From a virus, in the IMG/VR virus record IMGVR_UViG_3300035034_001869, positions 7,929-71,928 of that record: a stretch of 64,000 nucleotides of DNA. One strand, 5' to 3'. The position numbers were made by a program, and so were the translations under genes. The number at the start of each line of letters is the position of its first letter. Positions within the stretch are counted from its first letter, which is position 1. The notes beneath the pieces were generated by a model. The model did not search any database, was not told where the DNA came from, and saw only the letters and a list, made by a program, of their open reading frames with translations. Below are positions 8,165-16,715 of this stretch, piece after piece.

Positions 8165-8950
8165 TTATTCTTCTATTTTAAAATCATTGCCGGAATTCCC
8201 GTTGATATATTTGAACAAGTTCGTACCAATCTTACCCGTAACGACTTCAGTTGTGTTTGCTCTTTGTCTGGCTTTTTTAAATGCACGAATCAGCTTGTCA
8301 ATTCTGCCAAGCAATTCTGATTTTTCAGCAGGGGTGATCATACCTGACCAGGCTGTCAAAGAATACTTTCCAACATTTTTCACATTGGAAACTTCCTTTA
8401 TCTGAGCTGGATGTTCTTTTGTAGCTTCATATAAAACAACCGCTTCAATTACGGATTCTGTCTTCAGCTTTTCCTGTGGTTTGGTTGTTTTATAAATGTT
8501 TTCACCTTGGGAAGCATCTTTCTCCCACTCAATGCCAGGAGCCAATGTGGGAATACTCTCATATGCAACACGGAGGTGTTTCATTCTGGTTTCCATTCCC
8601 AATAGAAACGTGGCCGGAAGATTCTCGCCAATTATAAGACCGTCAACGATCAGATTTGCCGTAGCATCTTGGTTCGTTGCTTCTTTCTGGAGCAGAGCAT
8701 CGAAATATCTGATTTCTGTTTTCTGCATGTGGTCCAGTTTCGCCTGAACAGTTGTATCAATTTTTTTGAACTCTTCAGGATATGAAATTCCATCTTCAAC
8801 AAACATTTCAAATTTCCTGTGCTGACCCATAAAATGATCCGCCTTCTTTGTAAAAGTAGTTCTGGTTTCGTCCAGAATCTTTTTATGGGCTCCGTCAAGA
8901 TCTGCTTCAACTGCAAGTAATTCGTGTAATACTGCTTTCTTTTTAGCCAT
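8165..8950 (-). CDS. Conserved uncharacterised coiled-coil protein (DUF7873-like)
   Basis: LHELLAVE start, QKEATNQDATANLIVDG, LPATFLLGME, EATKEHPAQ and KKARQRANTTEV match a widespread bacterial/phage family. The family name is from recall. Confidence 0.8.
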   Translation of the reverse strand: MAKKKAVLHELLAVEADLDGAHKKILDETRTTFTKKADHFMGQHRKFEMFVEDGISYPEEFKKIDTTVQAKLDHMQKTEIRYFDALLQKEATNQDATANLIVDGLIIGENLPATFLLGMETRMKHLRVAYESIPTLAPGIEWEKDASQGENIYKTTKPQEKLKTESVIEAVVLYEATKEHPAQIKEVSNVKNVGKYSLTAWSGMITPAEKSELLGRIDKLIRAFKKARQRANTTEVVTGKIGTNLFKYINGNSGNDFKIEE

Positions 8951-9025
8951 CGTTTTTACTCCTTTTCTTCTGAGATTTTATTGATCTCGCTTTACTAAAT
9001 TAAACTATTTTCTTTCAACAAATGC

Positions 9026-9054
9026 AGAATACTAAATTAAAAATGTTCTGTCAA
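9026..9054 (-). promoter_or_regulatory. Sigma70 promoter of the coiled-coil protein/ncRNA unit
   Basis: TTGACA-17 nt-TATTCT. Confidence 0.75.
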
Positions 9055-9110
9055 CAATTATTATTAACTTTTTAATGAAACATTAATAACATATTAATTG
9101 TAGTACGGAA

Positions 9111-9398
9111 TTACTTACTCAACACTACCCATCGTTCATTGTTAGAGCATAGGTCCGGATTTTCATGATATCCATACCAGCATAATATCCATCTTCCATC
9201 TCTTAGTTTTCGTTTCCACATTTTTCCGGCATAAACTCCAGAAGGTTTTGAATGGCTATACTCTGCGAGTTTATTTAAATCATCTTCTGACATGGTTGCA
9301 TTATCATCATCAATTATGATTCCTTTATAATCTGGCTGATTCCATGCTTTTCCAAGAGGATCAATAATCATTGGTATTACGTTTGGTGTGATTTTCAT
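9111..9398 (-). CDS. Hypothetical phage protein
   Basis: ORF with DPLGKAWNQP and PSGVYAGKMWK. Confidence 0.7.
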   Translation of the reverse strand: MKITPNVIPMIIDPLGKAWNQPDYKGIIIDDDNATMSEDDLNKLAEYSHSKPSGVYAGKMWKRKLRDGRWILCWYGYHENPDLCSNNERWVVLSK

Positions 9399-9432
9399 TT
9401 TATTATCCCATTGTTACCGACACATTATCATG

Positions 9433-12102
9433 TCAAATTATTTCATTATTTTTAATTTGTTTAAGACTATATTCTGTCATCTGGGCAAATGATCCTCCAT
9501 CTTCACGTAATGCAGAAAGTTCATGCTCTATTTCCATGGGAACAATTAACCATTTGAATCTGTTCTGTAAGTCTGCTACTATATTGGAAACTCCCTCCAT
9601 ATAAAAGGCAGTTTCATCCTTATGTATATCCGAAAGTATAGAATCATGAATTTGCCCAATTAATTTGGTTCTCAGTTTATTTTTTCGAATGAATTTTGCA
9701 ATTTCGTTTAAGGTATAAACCAGAAGGTGAAAAGAAGTTCCTTGAATAGGATAGTTGGTGCATTGTTTTCTATCCATATATCCTTGAAATCTAAAACCAA
9801 GATAAGTTTCAATGAATCCATATCTTTGATAAAATTCAACGATATCTTTCTTCCATTGAGTGTACTCCGGAAATCTTTCATTCCACATCTTATCTTCAAC
9901 ATGTTTACAATGTTCAAGGAATGAACCTTCTGTTGCTTCGTAATTATCTATTGTGCCAAGTTCATAAATACCTTTACTTTCAAGATGATCTCTGACAGTG
10001 ATGCCGTTTGGCAATTCAAGTCCTGCTTCAACAACATTTTCCCATAAAGCTTTCCCGCATGACCCGAACCAATCCCCATAGAACTGAGCAAAGGTCCAAT
10101 CACTCTTAGCAAAGAATCTGATCATTTTTACAAGTTTCTTTTGTTCTTTGGAATAATCTTTTCTTTCTAACATGTCATTAGGCAACATCCATAAATCAGT
10201 CGCATTATCTCTATGCATATCGGTTGTCGGGTCTACGAGATAATTATAAAAGTTCTTGTCTTGATGATAACATACACTCGTTATTACCTCTGCCCCAGAG
10301 AAATCTTGCTCCCCAATTCTGCATTCAGGAGAAGGCACAATTCCCATTCTTATCAATGCTTTGATGATCGCATCTCTATTTGGAAGATTCTGAAAATTAG
10401 GCATTGAGGATGAAGATCTATAACTGACAGGGATATGAAGATCAAAAAAGGGATGAATTTTTCCCATGACTTCTTCTCTGGTGAACTGAGCAAGATATGT
10501 TCCTCTTGCTTTTTCAAGCTTTTTTACTTCAATAAGTTTATCGACAAAAGGTAGATTTAAACCTTCAAGAGTTACTTTGTCCGTTTTATAATTTCCATTT
10601 GCCGTGTAAACAGGAGGTTTACCAAGAACATCATAAAACAGCTTTCCCAAATCTTGATTCGATGTTAAGCTTATTTCTTTACCAAATGTCTCTTTGAATT
10701 TTGTTGCTTCTCTGCCTTCAGACAAATATTTATTCATTTCTTTCATCTGGACTTCTAAATCTTTTTCGGCTTGTTCATAATAAGACACATCAACAGGTAT
10801 TCCATTGTTTTGAATGGTTCCCATTGTATGTAATCCACGCATAAATAATTTATATGCGCTGAACATTTCTTTCATTCTTGGAAGAGTTATGGATTGATCT
10901 CTGTATCTCATCATTGTGTAAATACAATCAAGGCCGTTATATATCAATAATTCTCTGAAAGGAGCTTTTTCAATTGTATTGAATTCGCCATTCTTTGATT
11001 TTAAAAATGGTTTGATTGCGGTATCATAAGGACGAACTCCATAATGAACAAATGTCTGAAATTTTAATCCTGTGGAAGCTTTTCTGTTATCAAGGATATG
11101 TTCTGCCATCATAGTATCCCAATGCCAAGACGTAGCTCTTGTTCCGACATGAACTTTAGACCAAGAATCTTCAAACTTCCAATTCTGCACAACTTTTTTT
11201 ATTTTTTTATCTCTGAGTATTTTTCCCCATAAATTTAAAAGTATTTTAAATTCAGATTCGGTCCAAAAAGATTTATAATTAAAGGGAAATGCATACGCTT
11301 TTTTGGTAGACACAGCAATACCTATGGTACAAATTTTGTGTCCCTTTCTATAGGGCTTTAATCCGGTAGTTTCGTAATCAAATGCAATGGTTGGTTTTCT
11401 GTTTATTATTCGTTTTAAGAGCGATTTAACAGCTTTAAAGTCTGTCAGTATAGAAACGTACTGCTCATAGTCTGTAAATGCTTCATATGTCAGTTTAAGA
11501 CAGTGAGCAACACGTTTTAAATCTTTTGTGAACGTGCATTTTCTATTTTTATCAGTTTCTTTGTCTAAAACAAAGTTTGGATGATACAATGGCACTATAT
11601 AACAGCCAAATTTTTGATCGGGAATTTCGTATGCTCTCCATCTCTCAACTTGACGATTTGAAAAGTCTTCCCCAAACAACGATGTATTTGAAATACTTCC
11701 AAGAGATAGTATTAATTTTGGCTTTAATGTTCTGATTGCTTTTTCTACGTTAGGATAACAACATTTTATTTCTTTGTGGGATGGTGCCCTGCCTGATGGG
11801 GGTTTACAACTTACTGCATTCATTACCCAACAATCTTTTCTTAATGATATTCCGTGTTCTCTAAGACCATCAGCAAGAAGTTTCCCTGAACTTCCTAAGA
11901 GGGCTGTGCCATATTGATCTTCTTCCTCGCTCGGGTATTCGGATATGATAAGAATACCCTTTCTGCCTTCCCCGGAAACTTTAATTTTAGAAGTTACACA
12001 GGTAGTATATAATTTACACTGCATACAGTTTGGTTCAAGTTGATCCACATCTATCTTTATTGTCGTGATTTTATTAAGCTCTGAACTTGTGAAGAATCCC
12101 AT
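9433..12102 (-). CDS. polA: Family A DNA polymerase with N-terminal family-4 uracil-DNA-glycosylase-like domain and 3'-5' exonuclease
   Basis: N-terminal CxxCxLxxxC, NAVSCKP and YHP; exonuclease FDYETTGL; polymerase PNFQNLP, QDFSGAE, NYPIQGT and QIHDSI. Confidence 0.95.
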   Translation of the reverse strand: MGFFTSSELNKITTIKIDVDQLEPNCMQCKLYTTCVTSKIKVSGEGRKGILIISEYPSEEEDQYGTALLGSSGKLLADGLREHGISLRKDCWVMNAVSCKPPSGRAPSHKEIKCCYPNVEKAIRTLKPKLILSLGSISNTSLFGEDFSNRQVERWRAYEIPDQKFGCYIVPLYHPNFVLDKETDKNRKCTFTKDLKRVAHCLKLTYEAFTDYEQYVSILTDFKAVKSLLKRIINRKPTIAFDYETTGLKPYRKGHKICTIGIAVSTKKAYAFPFNYKSFWTESEFKILLNLWGKILRDKKIKKVVQNWKFEDSWSKVHVGTRATSWHWDTMMAEHILDNRKASTGLKFQTFVHYGVRPYDTAIKPFLKSKNGEFNTIEKAPFRELLIYNGLDCIYTMMRYRDQSITLPRMKEMFSAYKLFMRGLHTMGTIQNNGIPVDVSYYEQAEKDLEVQMKEMNKYLSEGREATKFKETFGKEISLTSNQDLGKLFYDVLGKPPVYTANGNYKTDKVTLEGLNLPFVDKLIEVKKLEKARGTYLAQFTREEVMGKIHPFFDLHIPVSYRSSSSMPNFQNLPNRDAIIKALIRMGIVPSPECRIGEQDFSGAEVITSVCYHQDKNFYNYLVDPTTDMHRDNATDLWMLPNDMLERKDYSKEQKKLVKMIRFFAKSDWTFAQFYGDWFGSCGKALWENVVEAGLELPNGITVRDHLESKGIYELGTIDNYEATEGSFLEHCKHVEDKMWNERFPEYTQWKKDIVEFYQRYGFIETYLGFRFQGYMDRKQCTNYPIQGTSFHLLVYTLNEIAKFIRKNKLRTKLIGQIHDSILSDIHKDETAFYMEGVSNIVADLQNRFKWLIVPMEIEHELSALREDGGSFAQMTEYSLKQIKNNEII

Positions 12103-12104
12103 AA

Positions 12105-13115
12105 TTATTCTCCAAATAATGCTGTTACAATCGTAAAATCTCCGTTCGTAATACTTATTCGTTTTTCGTCATGTCTCAAAGTTGAGGAGTGTCGTAACAT
12201 TTCTTTTAAAAACGATGGACTGACAGAGAATGAAAAGTCGGCTCCATCATACTCAGTTTTTGTTCTATACTGCATACTGCCTGAATCAGATTTTGCCTGA
12301 ATCAAACATATGTTTTTCTTTATGGTGATAGTTACGGATGAGGTAAACTCATCGGTGAATACTTCAGACATATCAAGTCCGTCAAGCATCCCCTTTTCCA
12401 ACTCTACAGATTCGCCGTTAAGCTTATCGACCACACTGGAAAAATCGGGGTAGTTTCCGGAAGTTCTTCTAACTGACAACACATACGCATCATTCTCTTC
12501 TTTGAAATGAATCCATGATTTTGTGACATCATACGTTGACAGATCAAGACTGATGATGGTCGGAATGTGTCTGGACTGCAACAGCATGGTTTTCATCTTT
12601 TTGGCTAAGATCGCTTTTGCCACTCTGTTATTGTCTGATGCAATCATGATTGTATCTTTGATCGACAAACATGCTAAGGTATTATCTGATTCTTTCTTTG
12701 ATGCGGCAAATTGACAGAGTTTAGCAGAATCAAAGAAGTTCTCTGGTATTGAATACCATTTACACGTTTCAATTGATTTCGCTATCTCTTTTGTTCGTAA
12801 AGGAATTTCTTCATCCGTTATTGTCTTCAGCTTCAATTTTACATCTTTTGCTTTGATGATGAAATCTGTTTCTTCCATAGAAATATCAATCAAATCGCCT
12901 TTAATCTTACTTACGGTCTTCATCAGATTATCAGCGTGAACGAAACATTCAAAATCAGTTTCAAATTTATAGGTTATAAGTATCTCATTATTGTAGGCCA
13001 TTATATTTTCACCAGTAAACTGAAAATATAACATACTCTCTAATGATTTGCTTTTTGATAATCCAATTTTGACTGTACTCAGAACGTCATAAAAGTTGGC
13101 CTTGTTTATTTTCAT
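12105..13115 (-). CDS. dnaN: DNA sliding clamp (beta-clamp-like)
   Basis: 336 aa with IASDNNRVA, GNYPDFSSV and FSVSPSFLKEML; context with polymerase and clamp loader. Confidence 0.8.
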   Translation of the reverse strand: MKINKANFYDVLSTVKIGLSKSKSLESMLYFQFTGENIMAYNNEILITYKFETDFECFVHADNLMKTVSKIKGDLIDISMEETDFIIKAKDVKLKLKTITDEEIPLRTKEIAKSIETCKWYSIPENFFDSAKLCQFAASKKESDNTLACLSIKDTIMIASDNNRVAKAILAKKMKTMLLQSRHIPTIISLDLSTYDVTKSWIHFKEENDAYVLSVRRTSGNYPDFSSVVDKLNGESVELEKGMLDGLDMSEVFTDEFTSSVTITIKKNICLIQAKSDSGSMQYRTKTEYDGADFSFSVSPSFLKEMLRHSSTLRHDEKRISITNGDFTIVTALFGE

Positions 13116-14190
13116 TTCTTATTTTCCTATTATAAATAAATTCATGAGAAAAACATAATCGTCCTTCTGAAGTATTCCAATGTTTAAAGAATTTGTTGGG
13201 TGCGGACTTAGTGGACATGTTCGTTGATGTTGCCGCCCACTTGTCTGATTCATTTCTTACTACTCCTAATTTTCTATGAGATGTTTTAGCAAAATATCTA
13301 TTACCTTTGCTTGTGTAGAACTCTGCAATAGTTTCAGATAATCTCATTCCTATACCAAAACCTTGATAATCAGGAAGAACAACTATTCGATGTTCTCTCC
13401 ACGCATGAAATACTGTGCCAGAAGGTAATGAACAAGTGGCTATTAAACCAACCAAGACACCATCCATAAAAGCAAGAAATACTTTAGAAGACTTTAAAAT
13501 ATCCCCACTTAAATAGTGATGATTTTTAAACATCTTCCACGAGGAATGATCTCCTTCGTATATTCTGATCTCGATTTTAGGTCGTTGAAGCCACCTCCCA
13601 GAATACAATTCATTTGTATCCATATCATATACCCAACTTGGTCTAAGCCATTCGATAATATCGTAATGACAAGTGGCGAAAACTATTCTTCCTATATTGT
13701 TTCTGGAAATGTATTTGTTAATTGAATTACAGGCAGACTTTGCAACAACTCTATCAACAACGGATGTAAATTCATCTATGGTTGCGTTGGTTCTCAATTG
13801 TCTTGCCATTGATACTCTAAATTTTTCTCCGTTAGATAAAACGTGAAATGGCTTCAACCATGTTTTTACAGAACTAAGACCAACTGCAAATAATTTGGCC
13901 TCTGCATCAGACTTTGAATTAAAATGTGAAATTATCGCTTTGTCTCTTTCCCACTTTAGTTTTTTGGTTTTACCGAAGAATTTTTTTAGAACTGAACTTT
14001 TGCCACTGCCGGAGGACCCGACAATTAAGCCGATCTTAAATTTTTTTGGAAATGATGGGATATTTTTGACATGAAATATATTGTTTCCATCAAATTTAAT
14101 GTCATAATCAGCAGAAATCTCCTCAGTTATATTGTCACATACAACTGAGGAGATTTTTTTTATTTCATGTCTATTTATGATGCCAGACAT
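13087..14190 (-). CDS. ABC-type ATPase fused to a GNAT (Mom-like) acyltransferase
   Basis: GSSGSGKS, LSNGEKFR, IDEFTSVVDR and ATCHYD, followed by FKNHHYL and RIVVLPDYQGFGIG. Confidence 0.88.
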   Translation of the reverse strand: MSGIINRHEIKKISSVVCDNITEEISADYDIKFDGNNIFHVKNIPSFPKKFKIGLIVGSSGSGKSSVLKKFFGKTKKLKWERDKAIISHFNSKSDAEAKLFAVGLSSVKTWLKPFHVLSNGEKFRVSMARQLRTNATIDEFTSVVDRVVAKSACNSINKYISRNNIGRIVFATCHYDIIEWLRPSWVYDMDTNELYSGRWLQRPKIEIRIYEGDHSSWKMFKNHHYLSGDILKSSKVFLAFMDGVLVGLIATCSLPSGTVFHAWREHRIVVLPDYQGFGIGMRLSETIAEFYTSKGNRYFAKTSHRKLGVVRNESDKWAATSTNMSTKSAPNKFFKHWNTSEGRLCFSHEFIYNRKIRNENKQGQLL

Positions 14191-14196
14191 TACTGC

Positions 14197-14709
14197 CTAT
14201 TTTTTGGTAGCAGTGTACTGAAAGTAATTTTTCATTACTCCACATACATGACCAACGGTGGTTTTCATGCCGGATTTTTCACGATCAGGAAATATCTTTG
14301 CCACTGCGTTCAGAATCAGTTCACGATCAACACTGTTGTCATTTTCAACGATGGCACGAATGATTTCATAGCCGACTTTGGGACCGGCAGATTTTTTCTC
14401 TTTGCGAGCTTTTTTCTCTTTCTTGGGTTTTTTCTCTTTCCCTTTCTTGGGTTTTTCTTCATCTGCATCATCCGTATCATCCGCATCATCAATTACAATA
14501 AATTTATTGTAGAAATCAATCGTTTCGTCCGGAAGATCTGCCGCTTTGTCTTTCTCAATGAAATCAAGAATTTTGTTCGTAAATTCTTCGACAACAACCT
14601 CTTTTTTGATTCCAACAACCTTGATTGTGTCTTCTCCGGCAGTTTTCAAAACTTCATTAAGAGCTTTTAATGCCTCTTTGAATTCTTTGCCTGGGATGTT
14701 TTTCGCCAT
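14197..14709 (-). CDS. Hypothetical charged protein (acidic then Lys-rich; possibly DNA binding)
   Basis: ORF with strong RBS and its own promoter. Confidence 0.7.
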   Translation of the reverse strand: MAKNIPGKEFKEALKALNEVLKTAGEDTIKVVGIKKEVVVEEFTNKILDFIEKDKAADLPDETIDFYNKFIVIDDADDTDDADEEKPKKGKEKKPKKEKKARKEKKSAGPKVGYEIIRAIVENDNSVDRELILNAVAKIFPDREKSGMKTTVGHVCGVMKNYFQYTATKK

Positions 14710-14784
14710 TTTTACTTCTCCTTCTTTTTTGTACGTTTAAATTAACTCATTTAGCGTTATTGCTAAGAAAAACTATGTAATAAG

Positions 14785-14813
14785 ATTCTAATGATTACTT
14801 AATGAAAAGTCAA
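14785..14813 (-). promoter_or_regulatory. Sigma70 promoter
   Basis: TTGACT-17 nt-TAGAAT. Confidence 0.65.
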
Positions 14814-15194
14814 CAAAAAATATTAACTTTCTTAATTATTTTCTAACTATTTATTTTAATTGCTTTTTATGTCCATCAAAGAATCATATAAAATTTCAAT
14901 AGCGTTAATCTCAGCTTTTGAAAACCACTTTTCTTGTCTAAAACAAACTTCTAAGGCAGATACCAAGTTTCTAACATTTTTCACAGTTCCCTTGATAACA
15001 GTTTCTTCTACATTAATTTCTTCAGCCATTTAAATCTTCCTTTCTTAATAATTTTCGATTTGTCGTTAATTGTGACTTTCAGTATCTAAAATAATAGTTT
15101 TAACTGCTCATAGACTATCGTGAGCTTTGTTTTATGCTTTTTGATATAGTCTCGTATCAATAAATTATAAAACTCTCTTAAACAGAGCTTAAAA

Positions 15195-16715
15195 CTAATG
15201 CCCGCTGTAATAACTATCCAAATATACCTGTCCTGCTTTTATATCCTGTAAAACAGTGCATTGAACCCCAGGAATAAACGGCTGAGATCTTGCTTCAGTT
15301 ATTCCATAATTTAAAACACCTTCTGCCTTTTGTAAAGGTGTTTGATTCAATCCACACATCATATTAACATGCTGATTCTTTCCATAAAATCCTGCTTGAT
15401 GACTTGAATCAAGAACCCCTGCTTTGTGTCCTTCTTTGTTCGCTTGAGTCGCAGTAATTACCAGAGCGTTGAACTCTCCTGCCATTCGTGCCATTAATTT
15501 CCAAGCTTCATCAACTGCTCGGTAATCATCGAATCTTGAACCTATGTCGAGAATATCCACGTAGTCGATAATAAATATATCCGGTATAAATCCTTCTTTG
15601 TTATTCCAAACCTCTATATCTCGCATCATTTTATCGTAGGTAAGTGTGTATTTTGGGTGAACAGACAATCTTGCATATTTGTTGAATGTTGAAGCCATTC
15701 CTTCGTTTCTTAATCTTCCCTCAAGCAAATCTCTTACGGCAAATATATCATCTGCTGGTCGAAATATATTTTCAAAATAAACAGTCACATCAAAATCATG
15801 AGGACCCCTTCCTGATTTACACATAGTGCAAGGATTGTGAGTAGGATCATCTATCAATTCATCTCCATCTCGAATTATTACGGTTGATAATCTATCAACA
15901 CATTCCCCGGTCTGATTCTTTTTACAATCAAACACAGGATAGGGATATTCCCCTTCTTCATCAACCATAGGTTGAAATGCTTTCATAATACGTGGGGTGA
16001 TTTCTGTCTTTGTCATCTCAACTGACCAGAATATTGACTTTCTTTTTTGTAGAACAGCATGTTTGAAATGATCGACCAAAGTAAAGGACTTACCTCGTTT
16101 TGCGGGGGCGTAGTAACCAACAACATCACCACGTTTAAAATTTCCAAGATATCTTCCAAGATCTCCAGGTAATTGAAAGAAGTTTTTATCCTCTTCGTCT
16201 CGTTGCCTATATATTTCTGTGATTTGATTTACATCACCGAGATTTATTAGAGTTCCGGCATCAATGTCAAGAGTTACTTTCTGGAATCTTTTGATTTCAT
16301 CTTCTGCTTCCTCGTATTCACCTTTCTCTTTCAGAACAGAAACATTATTGACCATTATTTCTAATTCACGTTTTCTGAAATAATCAGTGGCAGAATCAGC
16401 AAGATAACCAACATTGATTGATTCTTCGTCATATTGTTCTGAAAGTAATTTTAAAAGATCTCCGATTAATTCAGAATCCGATTCTTTTAAAGTCGGTACT
16501 TCAGATTCATAGATGTCTTGAATATGTTTATATGGAGCTTTTTCATGTTCCTCATAAAATGAGATACACCAAGTTGCAATAGTTTTTAAATAAGAGTTCA
16601 GAAAATAATCAAGTTGAAATATAGGGTGGATAGTTTTTATAAAATCACTTGATATGATCAGACCGGTTACAATTCTTTTTTCTTCCGTGACAGAAACAGT
16701 ACGTTCAGTGATCAT
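15195..16715 (-). CDS. dnaB: DnaB-like replicative helicase
   Basis: YAPAKRGKS, WSVEM, IIDYVDIL and ITATQAN motifs. Confidence 0.88.
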   Translation of the reverse strand: MITERTVSVTEEKRIVTGLIISSDFIKTIHPIFQLDYFLNSYLKTIATWCISFYEEHEKAPYKHIQDIYESEVPTLKESDSELIGDLLKLLSEQYDEESINVGYLADSATDYFRKRELEIMVNNVSVLKEKGEYEEAEDEIKRFQKVTLDIDAGTLINLGDVNQITEIYRQRDEEDKNFFQLPGDLGRYLGNFKRGDVVGYYAPAKRGKSFTLVDHFKHAVLQKRKSIFWSVEMTKTEITPRIMKAFQPMVDEEGEYPYPVFDCKKNQTGECVDRLSTVIIRDGDELIDDPTHNPCTMCKSGRGPHDFDVTVYFENIFRPADDIFAVRDLLEGRLRNEGMASTFNKYARLSVHPKYTLTYDKMMRDIEVWNNKEGFIPDIFIIDYVDILDIGSRFDDYRAVDEAWKLMARMAGEFNALVITATQANKEGHKAGVLDSSHQAGFYGKNQHVNMMCGLNQTPLQKAEGVLNYGITEARSQPFIPGVQCTVLQDIKAGQVYLDSYYSGH

